The notes under the pieces are model-generated. The model was not told the origin of the DNA. It saw nothing but the letters and a program-made list of their open reading frames with translations, and ran no database searches. From positions 1 through 42,561 of IMG/VR virus record IMGVR_UViG_3300033076_000640: a stretch of 42,561 nt of DNA; one strand, 5' to 3'. Of the stretch, positions 32,591 through 40,506 are shown in pieces. The translations under genes and the position numbers were made by a program. The DNA comes from a virus. Taxonomy: Duplodnaviria; Caudoviricetes. Numbering within the stretch: position 1 is the stretch's first letter; each line of letters starts with the position of its first letter.

Positions 32591-33489
32591 GCGGCTTCTC
32601 CGCACCAAGTCCCGCACTCGGCATCCATGTCGGGGTCGCTGTCGAAGTAGCCGCCCGCAAACAGATCGGGCTGGCGGCGCACGTCGGCGATCAGTTCGGC
32701 GTAGCTATATTCGGTGACGAAGCGGTTGGATTCGCATTTGACCGCCGGGTTGGCGTCCAGCGCCCGCTCAATGTCGCTCCACCATTGAAGCGTGCCGGGC
32801 TTGGTGCGCTCGATCTCCCACAGCTTCGGACGGGCTTTGAGGAAGCAGCCGTCGCAGTTGCCCTCGAACGGCAGTAGTTGCAGGTCGAAGTCCTGCGCCG
32901 CCCAGAAGGCGCGAACGTCGCGGTTGCTGATCTTGGCATCGTCGAGCGGGAGCGCCACGTCCCAGCGCTCCTTGTTCGGGGCGCGCGAGCGGGCGACGCG
33001 GGTTGGCTCGTCGTGGCGCAGGCCGACGACGTTGGTCCAGCGCTCGTAGCCTTGCGCCTGCATGAACCACTTCATGACGCGGACCTTCAATTCCGACGTG
33101 CAGAAGCGGGTGACAGCGTTCGGGGTGTAGCCCTTTACGGCGATAAGTTCCGCAAACGGGCGGCCGTCGCGGCTTGCCGAGTTGAACCCGACCTCCTCGT
33201 AGCGCTCGTCGAAGGGAATGACCTTTCCGCCATCGTCCTTCGTGCGACGGGTCCGCCATTCCAGCCACCGAACCCGCACGTTCCACCGCGTCGCGCACTC
33301 ATGGACGAACCGCAGCGTTTCCTCGCGCTCCTTGCCGGTATTGGCGAAACAGACATGCACGTCATCGGGCAGCGTCCCGCCGTGTGCCTGTAGAATGCGC
33401 CAAAGCATGTAAGCCGACGTCCGACCGCCGCTGAAGCTGACGAGCGCCGGGCCGGTGATGCGGAAGGGATCGCGGTCTGCGAGGGTCAT
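32587..33489 (-). CDS. PAPS-reductase-family PP-loop ATPase
   Basis: SFSGGRTS PP-loop, FANTGKE, RFCTSELK, GLRHDE, GNCDGCFLK. Confidence 0.85.
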   Translation of the reverse strand: MTLADRDPFRITGPALVSFSGGRTSAYMLWRILQAHGGTLPDDVHVCFANTGKEREETLRFVHECATRWNVRVRWLEWRTRRTKDDGGKVIPFDERYEEVGFNSASRDGRPFAELIAVKGYTPNAVTRFCTSELKVRVMKWFMQAQGYERWTNVVGLRHDEPTRVARSRAPNKERWDVALPLDDAKISNRDVRAFWAAQDFDLQLLPFEGNCDGCFLKARPKLWEIERTKPGTLQWWSDIERALDANPAVKCESNRFVTEYSYAELIADVRRQPDLFAGGYFDSDPDMDAECGTWCGEAA

Positions 33490-33776
33490 GCGGCACCTGT
33501 GCGGGCTGCGTCGTGTAGGCCGTTGGCAACGTCGCAGGCGGCGCGGTCAATCGCGCCGAACAGCGGGTTGAAGTGCGCCGCGTAGATGAGCTCCCAGGGC
33601 GTCAGCACCGACTTGCGCTTGTCGCCGTAGATGGCTGTTGTTTCGATCCCGTCCGGCGTCACGGTCAGCCGGATGCCGTATTCGCGGTTGGCATCCTCAA
33701 AGCTGCGTGCATACTTCGCCGCGCGCATGACGCGACCTAGGCCGCTTTCGTTTGTCGGCGGGTTCTCTGCGGTCAT
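33486..33776 (-). CDS. Hypothetical protein
   Basis: AGGAG SD; ATGA coupling. Confidence 0.65.
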   Translation of the reverse strand: MTAENPPTNESGLGRVMRAAKYARSFEDANREYGIRLTVTPDGIETTAIYGDKRKSVLTPWELIYAAHFNPLFGAIDRAACDVANGLHDAARTGAA

Positions 33777-34069
33777 AGCTGTGTCTCCTGTAGGGCGGTG
33801 CGGACAAATTCGACGGCCCAAACACAGCCTTCATCGCCGACAAGGACTTTCGTTTCAGCGTCCTCGGCAAATGCTAGAACACCCTCCAACGCCTCCCGCA
33901 TCCTCGCCTCCCGTGCGCGGGATGCGTCGAGGTCTGCGGCGGCTGCTTCCAACGTGACGATGCTTGACAACGGCAGCGCAATCGCCCCACCGATGTCGCG
34001 CTCGCACTTCGCAATGTCGCGCAGTCGGTCTGCCAGCGTCTCGCGCAGGTCCGGCGTCTCAACGGTCAT
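33773..34069 (-). CDS. Hypothetical protein
   Basis: Coupled member of the early operon. Confidence 0.65.
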   Translation of the reverse strand: MTVETPDLRETLADRLRDIAKCERDIGGAIALPLSSIVTLEAAAADLDASRAREARMREALEGVLAFAEDAETKVLVGDEGCVWAVEFVRTALQETQL

Positions 34070-34427
34070 TGCTGGTCCCCTGCGAGAGTGCAGAGCGGGC
34101 GCGGGCCAGCGTTTCAGCCGGGATGCGGCACCAGTGCGAGCCGTCTACTTCCATCGGAGACAGATGCGTCGTCTCGTAAACGTATTCGGCCAGCGCCTCA
34201 CGCATCCGGTCGAGGTCTGCGAGCAGCGCGCGGACGGCGGCGGGGTTGGCGGCGGCGATGAAGCGCCGGTTCGCCTCCATTGTCTCCGCGTGACCGTTGA
34301 TGCGGACGACCTCGGCAACGGGCCAGCCGCCGACGGCTTCAATGTCGAAGCCGATGCCTTCGCGCCACTCACCCGGCGTCACCGGCCCTGCCAGCGCCGC
34401 GCGGATGGGGGTGTGGTCGGTCGTCAT
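34059..34427 (-). CDS. Ead/Ea22-like accessory protein
   Basis: TPGEW...ANRRFIAAANPAAVRALLADL. Confidence 0.75.
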   Translation of the reverse strand: MTTDHTPIRAALAGPVTPGEWREGIGFDIEAVGGWPVAEVVRINGHAETMEANRRFIAAANPAAVRALLADLDRMREALAEYVYETTHLSPMEVDGSHWCRIPAETLARARSALSQGTSNDR

Positions 34428-34687
34428 GCAAGCACCCGCGCGCCAGCGCCACGGCAACCGCGGTCCTGCTCGGCCTCGTGCGCCTGCTGCTCCAGATCCT
34501 CGCGCTCGGCTGCCGTCACCTCGATCTCGCGGCCGTCTTCGGTCACGCGCGTGATCGTCACGTCGGGACCGCCGCCCGGCTCGTGCCAGGTCGCGCGATA
34601 CGGCGGCGTGTAGTCATACTCAACCTCGACGGTGCGCTCGATCTCGGGCGTGTCGTCGGTCGGCGGGGTGTAGAGGTAGGCGGTCAT
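34424..34687 (-). CDS. Hypothetical acidic protein
   Basis: VEVEYDYTPP..ATWHEP; ATGA coupling. Confidence 0.6.
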   Translation of the reverse strand: MTAYLYTPPTDDTPEIERTVEVEYDYTPPYRATWHEPGGGPDVTITRVTEDGREIEVTAAEREDLEQQAHEAEQDRGCRGAGARVLA

Positions 34688-34742
34688 CTGCGGCACGGGG
34701 CGGCTCCTGGCTCGGGGGTACGCAGCGCAACTGGTGCTGGGG

Positions 34743-34988
34743 TTAGTCGGCGAGACCGAGTGCGGCCTTGTAGGTGTCGAGCAGCGCTTCCTGCTCAAGG
34801 CGCGCGTCCTTCTCCATGCGGCGCAGCTTCACGATCTGGCGCATGATCTTGGCGTCGTAGCCTTGGCCCTTGGCCTCGGCGTAGACGTCCTTGATGTCGT
34901 CGCTGATGCCGCGCTTTTCTTCCTCGAGCCGCTCGACGCGCTCGATGAACAGGCGCAGCTGCTCGGCTGATACAGTGCCTCCGGACAT
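34743..34988 (-). CDS. gapR: GapR (DUF2312) nucleoid-associated protein
   Basis: EQLRLFIERVERLEEEKRGISDDIKDVYAEAKGQGYDAKIMRQIVKLR...EALLDTYKAALG; AGGAG SD. Confidence 0.93.
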   Translation of the reverse strand: MSGGTVSAEQLRLFIERVERLEEEKRGISDDIKDVYAEAKGQGYDAKIMRQIVKLRRMEKDARLEQEALLDTYKAALGLAD

Positions 34989-35011
34989 TCTCATTCTCCT
35001 CTGTGCTGGGG

Positions 35012-35659
35012 TTAGTACTGCACGTCCCCATCCGGCCCGGCGTCGCGGGGGGTGGTGAGTTCGGTCTTGCGGTTGTCCTTCTCCGCGGTGGCGGCGTTCT
35101 TGATCGCGTCCGGCCAGCGCTTCACCTCGGGCCACCACTTCAGCCAAACGGCCTTCAGTTCGTCTTCGTTGGTGGCGCCGCGGATCTCGTCCTTCAGGTC
35201 GAGCGCGCGGGCTGCGGGGTCTGCGGCCGGTTCCTCAGGCTGCGGTGCGGGCGCGCGATCGGCTGCGAGCGGCTTGATCTTCATCGGCGCGCGCTTGCCC
35301 TTGGTCTTCATGACGACGACGGTCTGCTCGCCGTCGATGTGACTCATGTGACTGACGCGGATGCCGCCGACCTGCATCCCGCCGAACGCGACGGTCGGGT
35401 CGCGGTAGAGGGTCATTGACCGGCCGACGTACTTGCTGGCGTCCGGACCCCAGAGCGCGACCATGACGCGGCGGATGGTTTTGCAGGGGCGAAAAGGTTT
35501 GTTCTCGTCGCCCTCAAAGTAGACGTTGACCGGCTGCTCGGACTCGCTGGCTGCAACGCCACGAATGCGAATGGTGCGCGGGCCGCCGATGAGGTCGTCG
35601 GCTGTGATCTGGTCTGATTTGGCCTCTATGAAGTCGGCCATGTTCACGGGTGCGTTCAT
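35012..35659 (-). CDS. Exonuclease-partner protein (putative ssDNA binding/annealing)
   Basis: KSDQITADDL...KPFRPCKT.RRV....WG...VGGIRVSHMS; coupled to the exonuclease. Confidence 0.65.
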   Translation of the reverse strand: MNAPVNMADFIEAKSDQITADDLIGGPRTIRIRGVAASESEQPVNVYFEGDENKPFRPCKTIRRVMVALWGPDASKYVGRSMTLYRDPTVAFGGMQVGGIRVSHMSHIDGEQTVVVMKTKGKRAPMKIKPLAADRAPAPQPEEPAADPAARALDLKDEIRGATNEDELKAVWLKWWPEVKRWPDAIKNAATAEKDNRKTELTTPRDAGPDGDVQY

Positions 35660-36369
35660 ACATACATCTCCTGCTCAACCCGACGTTCGGTCGGGATCTT
35701 GTGGGCGGCCGCAGCGATGGCGGCGCGGTAGGTTTCCAGCTTGTCGGCCAGCTGCTGCTCAAAGGCGGCTGCGGCCTCGAGGATGGCGGTCTGCACCTTC
35801 TCGTCGGGCCAGACGCGCGTGACGATCATCGGCAGGCCGCCGCTGTAGCTGACGAAATCCAGCCATTTGCGCTCGGTCACGATCAGGCCGGTCTGGCACT
35901 GGATCACGTAGTCGGCGGGAATCGTGCCGTTCGCTGCGCACTCGATCCATGTCTGCACCTGGAACTTCTGCCGGCGCGACTTGCACTCGATCAGGCCATC
36001 GTCGCCGACCAGCGCGTCGGGTGAGTAGCCGAGCGTGAAGCCGTGGCGGTCGTTGGTGACGAAGCCTGCCTCCGTGACCGGCGCGACGTGCTTGGCGTAG
36101 AGCCTGCGCGCCTCGATCTCGTCCTCGTGGCCGCGCAGCATCTCGTCGCCGATGTAGTGCGGCTCAACGTACTGCGTGACGCGCTGGGCGAGCAGTTCGT
36201 AGAGGTGCGCGCGGGTCTTCTCGTTGGCCGCGACCTTGAGCGTCGGCGTCACGATCAGGTGCATCTCGCTGGCGGTCAGCAGGCCGCAGCGGGCTGCAAA
36301 CCATGCATCCGAGCCCTGCTCGAGGTCGGCGTGATAGCGCGGGCCGGTGAAGGTTGCCGGTGCGTTCAT
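35656..36369 (-). CDS. YqaJ/lambda-exonuclease family recombination nuclease
   Basis: QGSDAWFAARCGLLTASE, GHEDE, SPDALVG, IECK, QCQ. Confidence 0.92.
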   Translation of the reverse strand: MNAPATFTGPRYHADLEQGSDAWFAARCGLLTASEMHLIVTPTLKVAANEKTRAHLYELLAQRVTQYVEPHYIGDEMLRGHEDEIEARRLYAKHVAPVTEAGFVTNDRHGFTLGYSPDALVGDDGLIECKSRRQKFQVQTWIECAANGTIPADYVIQCQTGLIVTERKWLDFVSYSGGLPMIVTRVWPDEKVQTAILEAAAAFEQQLADKLETYRAAIAAAAHKIPTERRVEQEMYV

Positions 36370-36533
36370 GCCGCCAGCCTCTCTCGCAGACGCCGGAACA
36401 GCCCGCGCTTGGCCGCAGCCTCGCGCTCGCGGCGCTCGATGTCGGCTGCGATGGCGCGCCCGGCGTCGTGGTCGTAGGCGTAGCGGCCGACGCCATCCTG
36501 GCCGATGACGAGGCGGTAGGGGTCGCGCGTCAT
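36366..36533 (-). CDS. Small hypothetical protein
   Basis: ATGA coupling at both ends. Confidence 0.55.
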   Translation of the reverse strand: MTRDPYRLVIGQDGVGRYAYDHDAGRAIAADIERREREAAAKRGLFRRLRERLAA

Positions 36534-36730
36534 GACGGCACCGCGAGCAACAGGGCGGCCGCCAGCGCGATGCAGGCGAACGCGAGCGGGATGGACAGCC
36601 AGCGGCGCGGCTGGATGGACCGCAGCACGTCTTGCGGCGTGCGGGCGTTGGCGGCGGTGCGGCAGGGCGTGCAGTGCGCCTGTTCGAAGCTGAACAGCCG
36701 GTCGCCGCAGGTGTTGCAGCGGGCGCTCAC
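36530..36730 (-). CDS. Small CxxC...CxxC protein with C-terminal TM
   Basis: CNTC...CTPC followed by a hydrophobic C-terminus; GTGA coupling. Confidence 0.55.
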   Translation of the reverse strand: MSARCNTCGDRLFSFEQAHCTPCRTAANARTPQDVLRSIQPRRWLSIPLAFACIALAAALLLAVPS

Positions 36731-37068
36731 GACCGGCACCCCCAGCGATAGTCGCTCGCCAGCATCTCGCGCTCGCGGGCTTCGATCTCGGCCTCGCGCT
36801 CCAGTTCCTCGTCGGCGGCAGCGATCTCGCAGCTGTAGGCGTCGAGGATTTCGTCGGCTTCGAACACGTCGTAACCGGCCTTCGCGACAAAGCCCCACGT
36901 CGCCTCGTCGGCGGACCCGCGGCGCTTGATCTGGGCCAGCGCGTTGTTCGCGGCCTCGACGAGCGCGGTCAGCTGGCGGATGTCGCGGACGGTGCGCTCG
37001 GCCTGACGGCGTTCGCGCTGTTCGCGGAGCAGCTGGGTCATGGCTGGGAATTCGTTGTGCTGTTGCAC
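36727..37068 (-). CDS. First gene of the leftward early operon, hypothetical
   Basis: AGGAG SD before the GTG; helical and charged. Confidence 0.7.
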   Translation of the reverse strand: MQQHNEFPAMTQLLREQRERRQAERTVRDIRQLTALVEAANNALAQIKRRGSADEATWGFVAKAGYDVFEADEILDAYSCEIAAADEELEREAEIEAREREMLASDYRWGCRS

Positions 37069-37171
37069 TGGGCGTCTCCTGCTGTGCCAGCCGCCCTGTC
37101 GTCGCCTGCTTCTGGACGCGTCGCCTTAGCTGTCCGTCACGTGCAGGGCCTCTTGGGCGGCTGACATTCGA

Positions 37172-37214
37172 AGTGTGCAAAACGCACAGCATTAGGTCAA
37201 GTGCAAAATGCACA
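37172..37214 (-). promoter_or_regulatory. PL-like promoter with operators OL1/OL2
   Basis: Minus strand TTGACC-17-CACACT; palindromic 15-mers TGTGCAAAACGCACA (37174-37188) and AGTGCAAAATGCACA (37200-37214). Confidence 0.85.
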
Positions 37215-37265
37215 TTTCTTCACCACGATTTCACTTTCCTACAGCCGGGCGAATCGGCGATACAG

Positions 37266-37280
37266 GAACGCAATGCGAAC
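37266..37280 (+). promoter_or_regulatory. Alphaproteobacterial LexA (SOS) box
   Basis: GAAC-gcaatgc-GAAC, overlapping the start of the 37273 ORF. Confidence 0.7.
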
Positions 37281-37581
37281 GATGCGCACCCGAAACGGAA
37301 TTCAGTTGGTCGAGCCGGCCTGCGAAGTCGGCTGCCGGACCTGCCTGCTGGAGTGCGCTATTCTGCCGGACCGGATCGCGTGGTGGGAGCGCCAGATTGA
37401 GCGCCTGCACCGCGAGAAGGGGATGCGGCCCGGCTGTCCCGATCTTCGTCGGCAGGCCGATAGCGCACTAGCTGCGCATGCAGCGCTGACGCGACGATGG
37501 GCGCTATCTCCGCGAGCTTCATTCCAGGTTGCACTTCGAGCAGCGCCACCTCGACCATGCGCTCAACTTCGGCTTCACTAG
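37273..37581 (+). CDS. Cys-rich small protein antisense to the repressor 3' end (candidate SOS-induced antirepressor)
   Basis: AGGA SD; ATG at 37273 or 37282; CEVGCRTCLLEC motif followed by an amphipathic helix; 224-nt convergent overlap with cI. Confidence 0.6.
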   Translation: MRTMRTRNGIQLVEPACEVGCRTCLLECAILPDRIAWWERQIERLHREKGMRPGCPDLRRQADSALAAHAALTRRWALSPRASFQVALRAAPPRPCAQLRLH

Positions 37582-37810
37582 GGATGTTGAGCGAGGCGAG
37601 GTCTGGCTTGCCGCCGTATAGCAGCCACTGCACGTCGACACGGAACCTGCGAGCGTAGATCGGCGCCTTGTTCTTCGGGATGCCGCGGGTCCCGTTCTCG
37701 TGTTGGGCGTAGGTAAACGGGTTCACGCCGAGCGCCTTGGCGGCGTCCAGAGCGGTTTCGTAGCCCGCGCTGATGCGGGCCTTCTTCAATCTGGTCGCTG
37801 GGTCCGGCAT
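37358..37810 (-). CDS. XRE-family immunity repressor (CI-like) lacking an S24 peptidase domain
   Basis: RLKKARISAGY..ALDAAKALGVNPFTYAQHENGTRG...VDVQWLLYG; divergent from cro; 150 aa. Confidence 0.88.
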   Translation of the reverse strand: MPDPATRLKKARISAGYETALDAAKALGVNPFTYAQHENGTRGIPKNKAPIYARRFRVDVQWLLYGGKPDLASLNIPSEAEVERMVEVALLEVQPGMKLAEIAPIVASALHAQLVRYRPADEDRDSRAASPSRGAGAQSGAPTTRSGPAE

Positions 37811-37833
37811 GTCTGAGTCATAACGCGCGGCGC

Positions 37834-37876
37834 TGTGCAAAAGGCACTTGCGCGAACACAGTGCATAATGCACATT
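37834..37876 (+). promoter_or_regulatory. PR-like promoter with operators OR1/OR2
   Basis: TTGCGC-17-CACATT; operators TGTGCAAAAGGCACT (37834-37848) and AGTGCATAATGCACA (37860-37874), with the same 26-bp spacing as the OL pair. Confidence 0.85.
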
Positions 37877-37882
37877 AACCGC

Positions 37883-38089
37883 ATGCGCAGTCATTCAGAC
37901 ATCGTTCGCTCCAAGAGCCCATCGGAGCTCGCGGCGAAGACCGGCACGACGGTCAACACCGTCAACTCGTGGGCGCGCCGGGACAGCATTCCACCCGAAC
38001 ATTGGCCGGCGTTCATCGATTTGGGTGCGGCTGATCTTGCGGAGCTGGCCGCAGGCGTTCGCCCGCGGGTTCGGCGGATTGCCGCATGA
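37883..38089 (+). CDS. Cro-like repressor
   Basis: 68 aa; SELAAKTGTTVNTVNSWARRDSIPPEHW HTH; divergent from cI. Confidence 0.85.
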   Translation: MRSHSDIVRSKSPSELAAKTGTTVNTVNSWARRDSIPPEHWPAFIDLGAADLAELAAGVRPRVRRIAA

Positions 38090-38280
38090 AGCCCCGCGGT
38101 TTCGCTGTCCGCCGCGACCTCGCAGCCGAGTGCGGCCGCAAGTCGAAGCGCGGGCCGTCCAATGGGACGATCGTGCTGGGCGCGCTCGCCGTGCTGAGCC
38201 GGCTGGTCGAGGAAAACAAGCTGACCGCCGACGCCGCGCTGGGCCGGCTCAATGAACTGGCCGGGCAGCGCAAGACCTGA
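38086..38280 (+). CDS. Small hypothetical protein
   Basis: ATGA coupling to cro; otherwise weak support. Confidence 0.4.
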   Translation: MKPRGFAVRRDLAAECGRKSKRGPSNGTIVLGALAVLSRLVEENKLTADAALGRLNELAGQRKT

Positions 38281-38330
38281 GCCCGTCGAGGGCGCGCAAC
38301 GCAAATCGAACAACATCACGGGGGTGATTT

Positions 38331-38798
38331 ATGGCAGGCAACGAACGAAAAGACGTTCGCAAAGCGCCCAGCTACACGAAGAGCGAGGTCAAGCCCGCGA
38401 TTGCCGCCGGTCTGGCGCGCGTCGTGGCAACCTACGGGATCGAGCGGGTGGCGCTGCAAGGCGGCTGCACGTCGCGGTGCATCCAGAAGGCCATTGCGCA
38501 GGACTCGCTGCCCGAACTGCACACCGCGCTGAACGTCGCGGCGCTCGATACCGAAGCGGCGGCGGATTTGATGGCGCTCTACGGGCTGGGGCTGTTCCTG
38601 GTCGATCCCGACACGCTGCCCGATGCCGACGCTTTGTCCGCGCTGGCGTCGCTCTTGGCCGAAGTCGCGGAGGCGATGCGGGACGGTCGGCTGGATCACA
38701 TCGAGACGTGCAAGGTCGCAGCGAAGGCTGCGCCGGTTGCGCCGTGGGTCAATGGCGTGATTGCCCGGGCGGCCAAGTTGCGGGGGGTCTCAAAGTGA
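38331..38798 (+). CDS. CII-like phage regulatory protein
   Basis: Position after cro; HTH-like N-terminal half; AEAMRDGRLDHIE motif. Confidence 0.65.
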   Translation: MAGNERKDVRKAPSYTKSEVKPAIAAGLARVVATYGIERVALQGGCTSRCIQKAIAQDSLPELHTALNVAALDTEAAADLMALYGLGLFLVDPDTLPDADALSALASLLAEVAEAMRDGRLDHIETCKVAAKAAPVAPWVNGVIARAAKLRGVSK

Positions 38799-39769
38799 AC
38801 CCGGCCTTTAACCCGCCCGTGGGCACGCTGCCGACGCTCGAATGGATCGGCGTTCAGCAGCTGTCCGTCGACGACTTCTATCAGCGCTCTATCGAGAACG
38901 AGGCGAGCAAGTCGCTCATTCGCAAGATCGCGCGTTTTTGGAATTGGGACCTCTGCCAGCCGCTGGCGGTTTCGCGGCGCGACACTGGCGAGCTTTACGT
39001 CGTTGACGGTCAGCATCGCTGGACCGCCGCCAAGATGCGTGGTGACATCGCGCATCTGCCGTGTGTTGTTCAGCGCCACCGTGAAGTCGGCGACGAAGCC
39101 GCGCTGTTCGTAGCGCTCAACAAGCAGCGCCAGAAGCTGACAGCCGCCGACTTGTTCAAGGCGGCGCTGGCGGCGGGCGATGAAGAGGCGACGGCGATTG
39201 CAGAAGCGATGGAGGCCGCGGGGCTCAAGCTCGCGTCGCATCCGAACTACAATTCGTGGAAGCCGGGGATGGTCGCCAATATTAGCGGCATTCAGGCAGC
39301 TTGGCGCAAGGCCGGGCGCACCGCGACGAAGCGGGCGATGAAGTCGCTGACGACCGCGTTCGCAGGTCAGGTGCTTCAGTATGCCGGCACCCTGTTCGGC
39401 GGCATCGCGCTGTTCCATGCGCAGCGGCTCGACGGGCCACCCTACGGCGATGCCTTTCATGCCATGCTCGGTGGCGCGTCGCAGGCCGAATGGAAGCGGC
39501 TGGTCGACATTGAGCGGGCGGCGGGTGGCAAGCGCTGGGACCAGTCCGCGCATGCGGTGTTGGAGCGGGCGTTCGTTGTGCCGCCCGTGCTGCCGCCGGC
39601 CCCCGCTCCGTCCGCGCCGGCGCCGATGCCGGCGGCGAAGAAGCGGGTTATGACCTTTGCCGAGCAGCTGGAGGCGGTGCGCAACGGCGCCCGCGTCGAG
39701 ACCAAACTTGATCTGCGCAAGCCCGCGCCTGACATGACGCTCGGCGGCGTCGGGACGGCGCAGCTGTGA
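38795..39769 (+). CDS. ParB/Srx-like N-terminal domain protein (DUF6551-like)
   Basis: LSVDDFYQR...LAVSRR...YVVDGQHR.TAA...EAALFVALN. Confidence 0.8.
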   Translation: MNPAFNPPVGTLPTLEWIGVQQLSVDDFYQRSIENEASKSLIRKIARFWNWDLCQPLAVSRRDTGELYVVDGQHRWTAAKMRGDIAHLPCVVQRHREVGDEAALFVALNKQRQKLTAADLFKAALAAGDEEATAIAEAMEAAGLKLASHPNYNSWKPGMVANISGIQAAWRKAGRTATKRAMKSLTTAFAGQVLQYAGTLFGGIALFHAQRLDGPPYGDAFHAMLGGASQAEWKRLVDIERAAGGKRWDQSAHAVLERAFVVPPVLPPAPAPSAPAPMPAAKKRVMTFAEQLEAVRNGARVETKLDLRKPAPDMTLGGVGTAQL

Positions 39770-40503
39770 CCTCGGCCTCGCTCCGTCGCTTCGATGCCAT
39801 TAAGCCGTCGGGCCATGGCGTCGTCGTGCCTGCGTTCGACCCAGCCTATCGTTCGGGCCGTACAATCTTCGGCCGCCGCGTGTTCCGGGTTGGCGAAGTC
39901 GACCGGCTGCTGAAGTCCGGCCACAACAGCCGGAAGATCGGCAAGGTCGTCACGAAGGGCCCTTGGAAGGGTCTGCCGATCTACACACTGACGCTGGAGG
40001 AGCGCGCCACCTGTCCGCGCGACTGCAAGGCGTGGGGCTCCTGCTACGGCAACAACATGCACCTCGCCGAACGGCTGGTGCATGGCTTGGAGTTCGAAGC
40101 GGCGCTCGAACGCGAGATCGACGCGCTCGCTGCGCGGCATGCTGACGGCTTTGTCGTGCGGCTGCATGTCCTCGGGGACTTCTACTCGGTCGGCTACGTC
40201 GAGATGTGGCGGCGCGCGCTGTGGCGTCACCCGTGCCTTCGCGTCTTTGGCTACACGGCGCGGCATCCGCAGACCGACCCCATCGGCTTGGCGGTCTACC
40301 GTCTGTCGACAGAGATGTGGTCGCGCTTCGCAGTGCGCTTCTCCGGGCGCGGACTTGCTGAGCGCGGCACGTCCATCGTCGACGATGCGGGCGAGGCCGC
40401 CGACGCGATCGTCTGCCCCGCTCAAACCGGCCTGACTGACTGCTGCGCGACTTGCGGGCTGTGCTGGCAGTCGCGTCGCAACATCGCATTTCTGAGGCAC
40501 TGA
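39766..40503 (+). CDS. GP88-like Cys-rich (putative Fe-S/radical-SAM-like) protein
   Basis: NSRKIGK, TCPRDCKAWGSCY, RLHVLGDF, FGYT, CPAQ...CATCGLC. Confidence 0.7.
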   Translation: MTSASLRRFDAIKPSGHGVVVPAFDPAYRSGRTIFGRRVFRVGEVDRLLKSGHNSRKIGKVVTKGPWKGLPIYTLTLEERATCPRDCKAWGSCYGNNMHLAERLVHGLEFEAALEREIDALAARHADGFVVRLHVLGDFYSVGYVEMWRRALWRHPCLRVFGYTARHPQTDPIGLAVYRLSTEMWSRFAVRFSGRGLAERGTSIVDDAGEAADAIVCPAQTGLTDCCATCGLCWQSRRNIAFLRH

Positions 40504-40506
40504 GCG

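Noticed and set aside
38252-38794. Long N-terminal extensions in the ORF track (starts at 38252, 738, 1100, 17444, 18205, 41393)
   Set aside because: They overlap better-supported upstream genes; the true starts coincide with ATGA, GTGA or TGATG coupling points.
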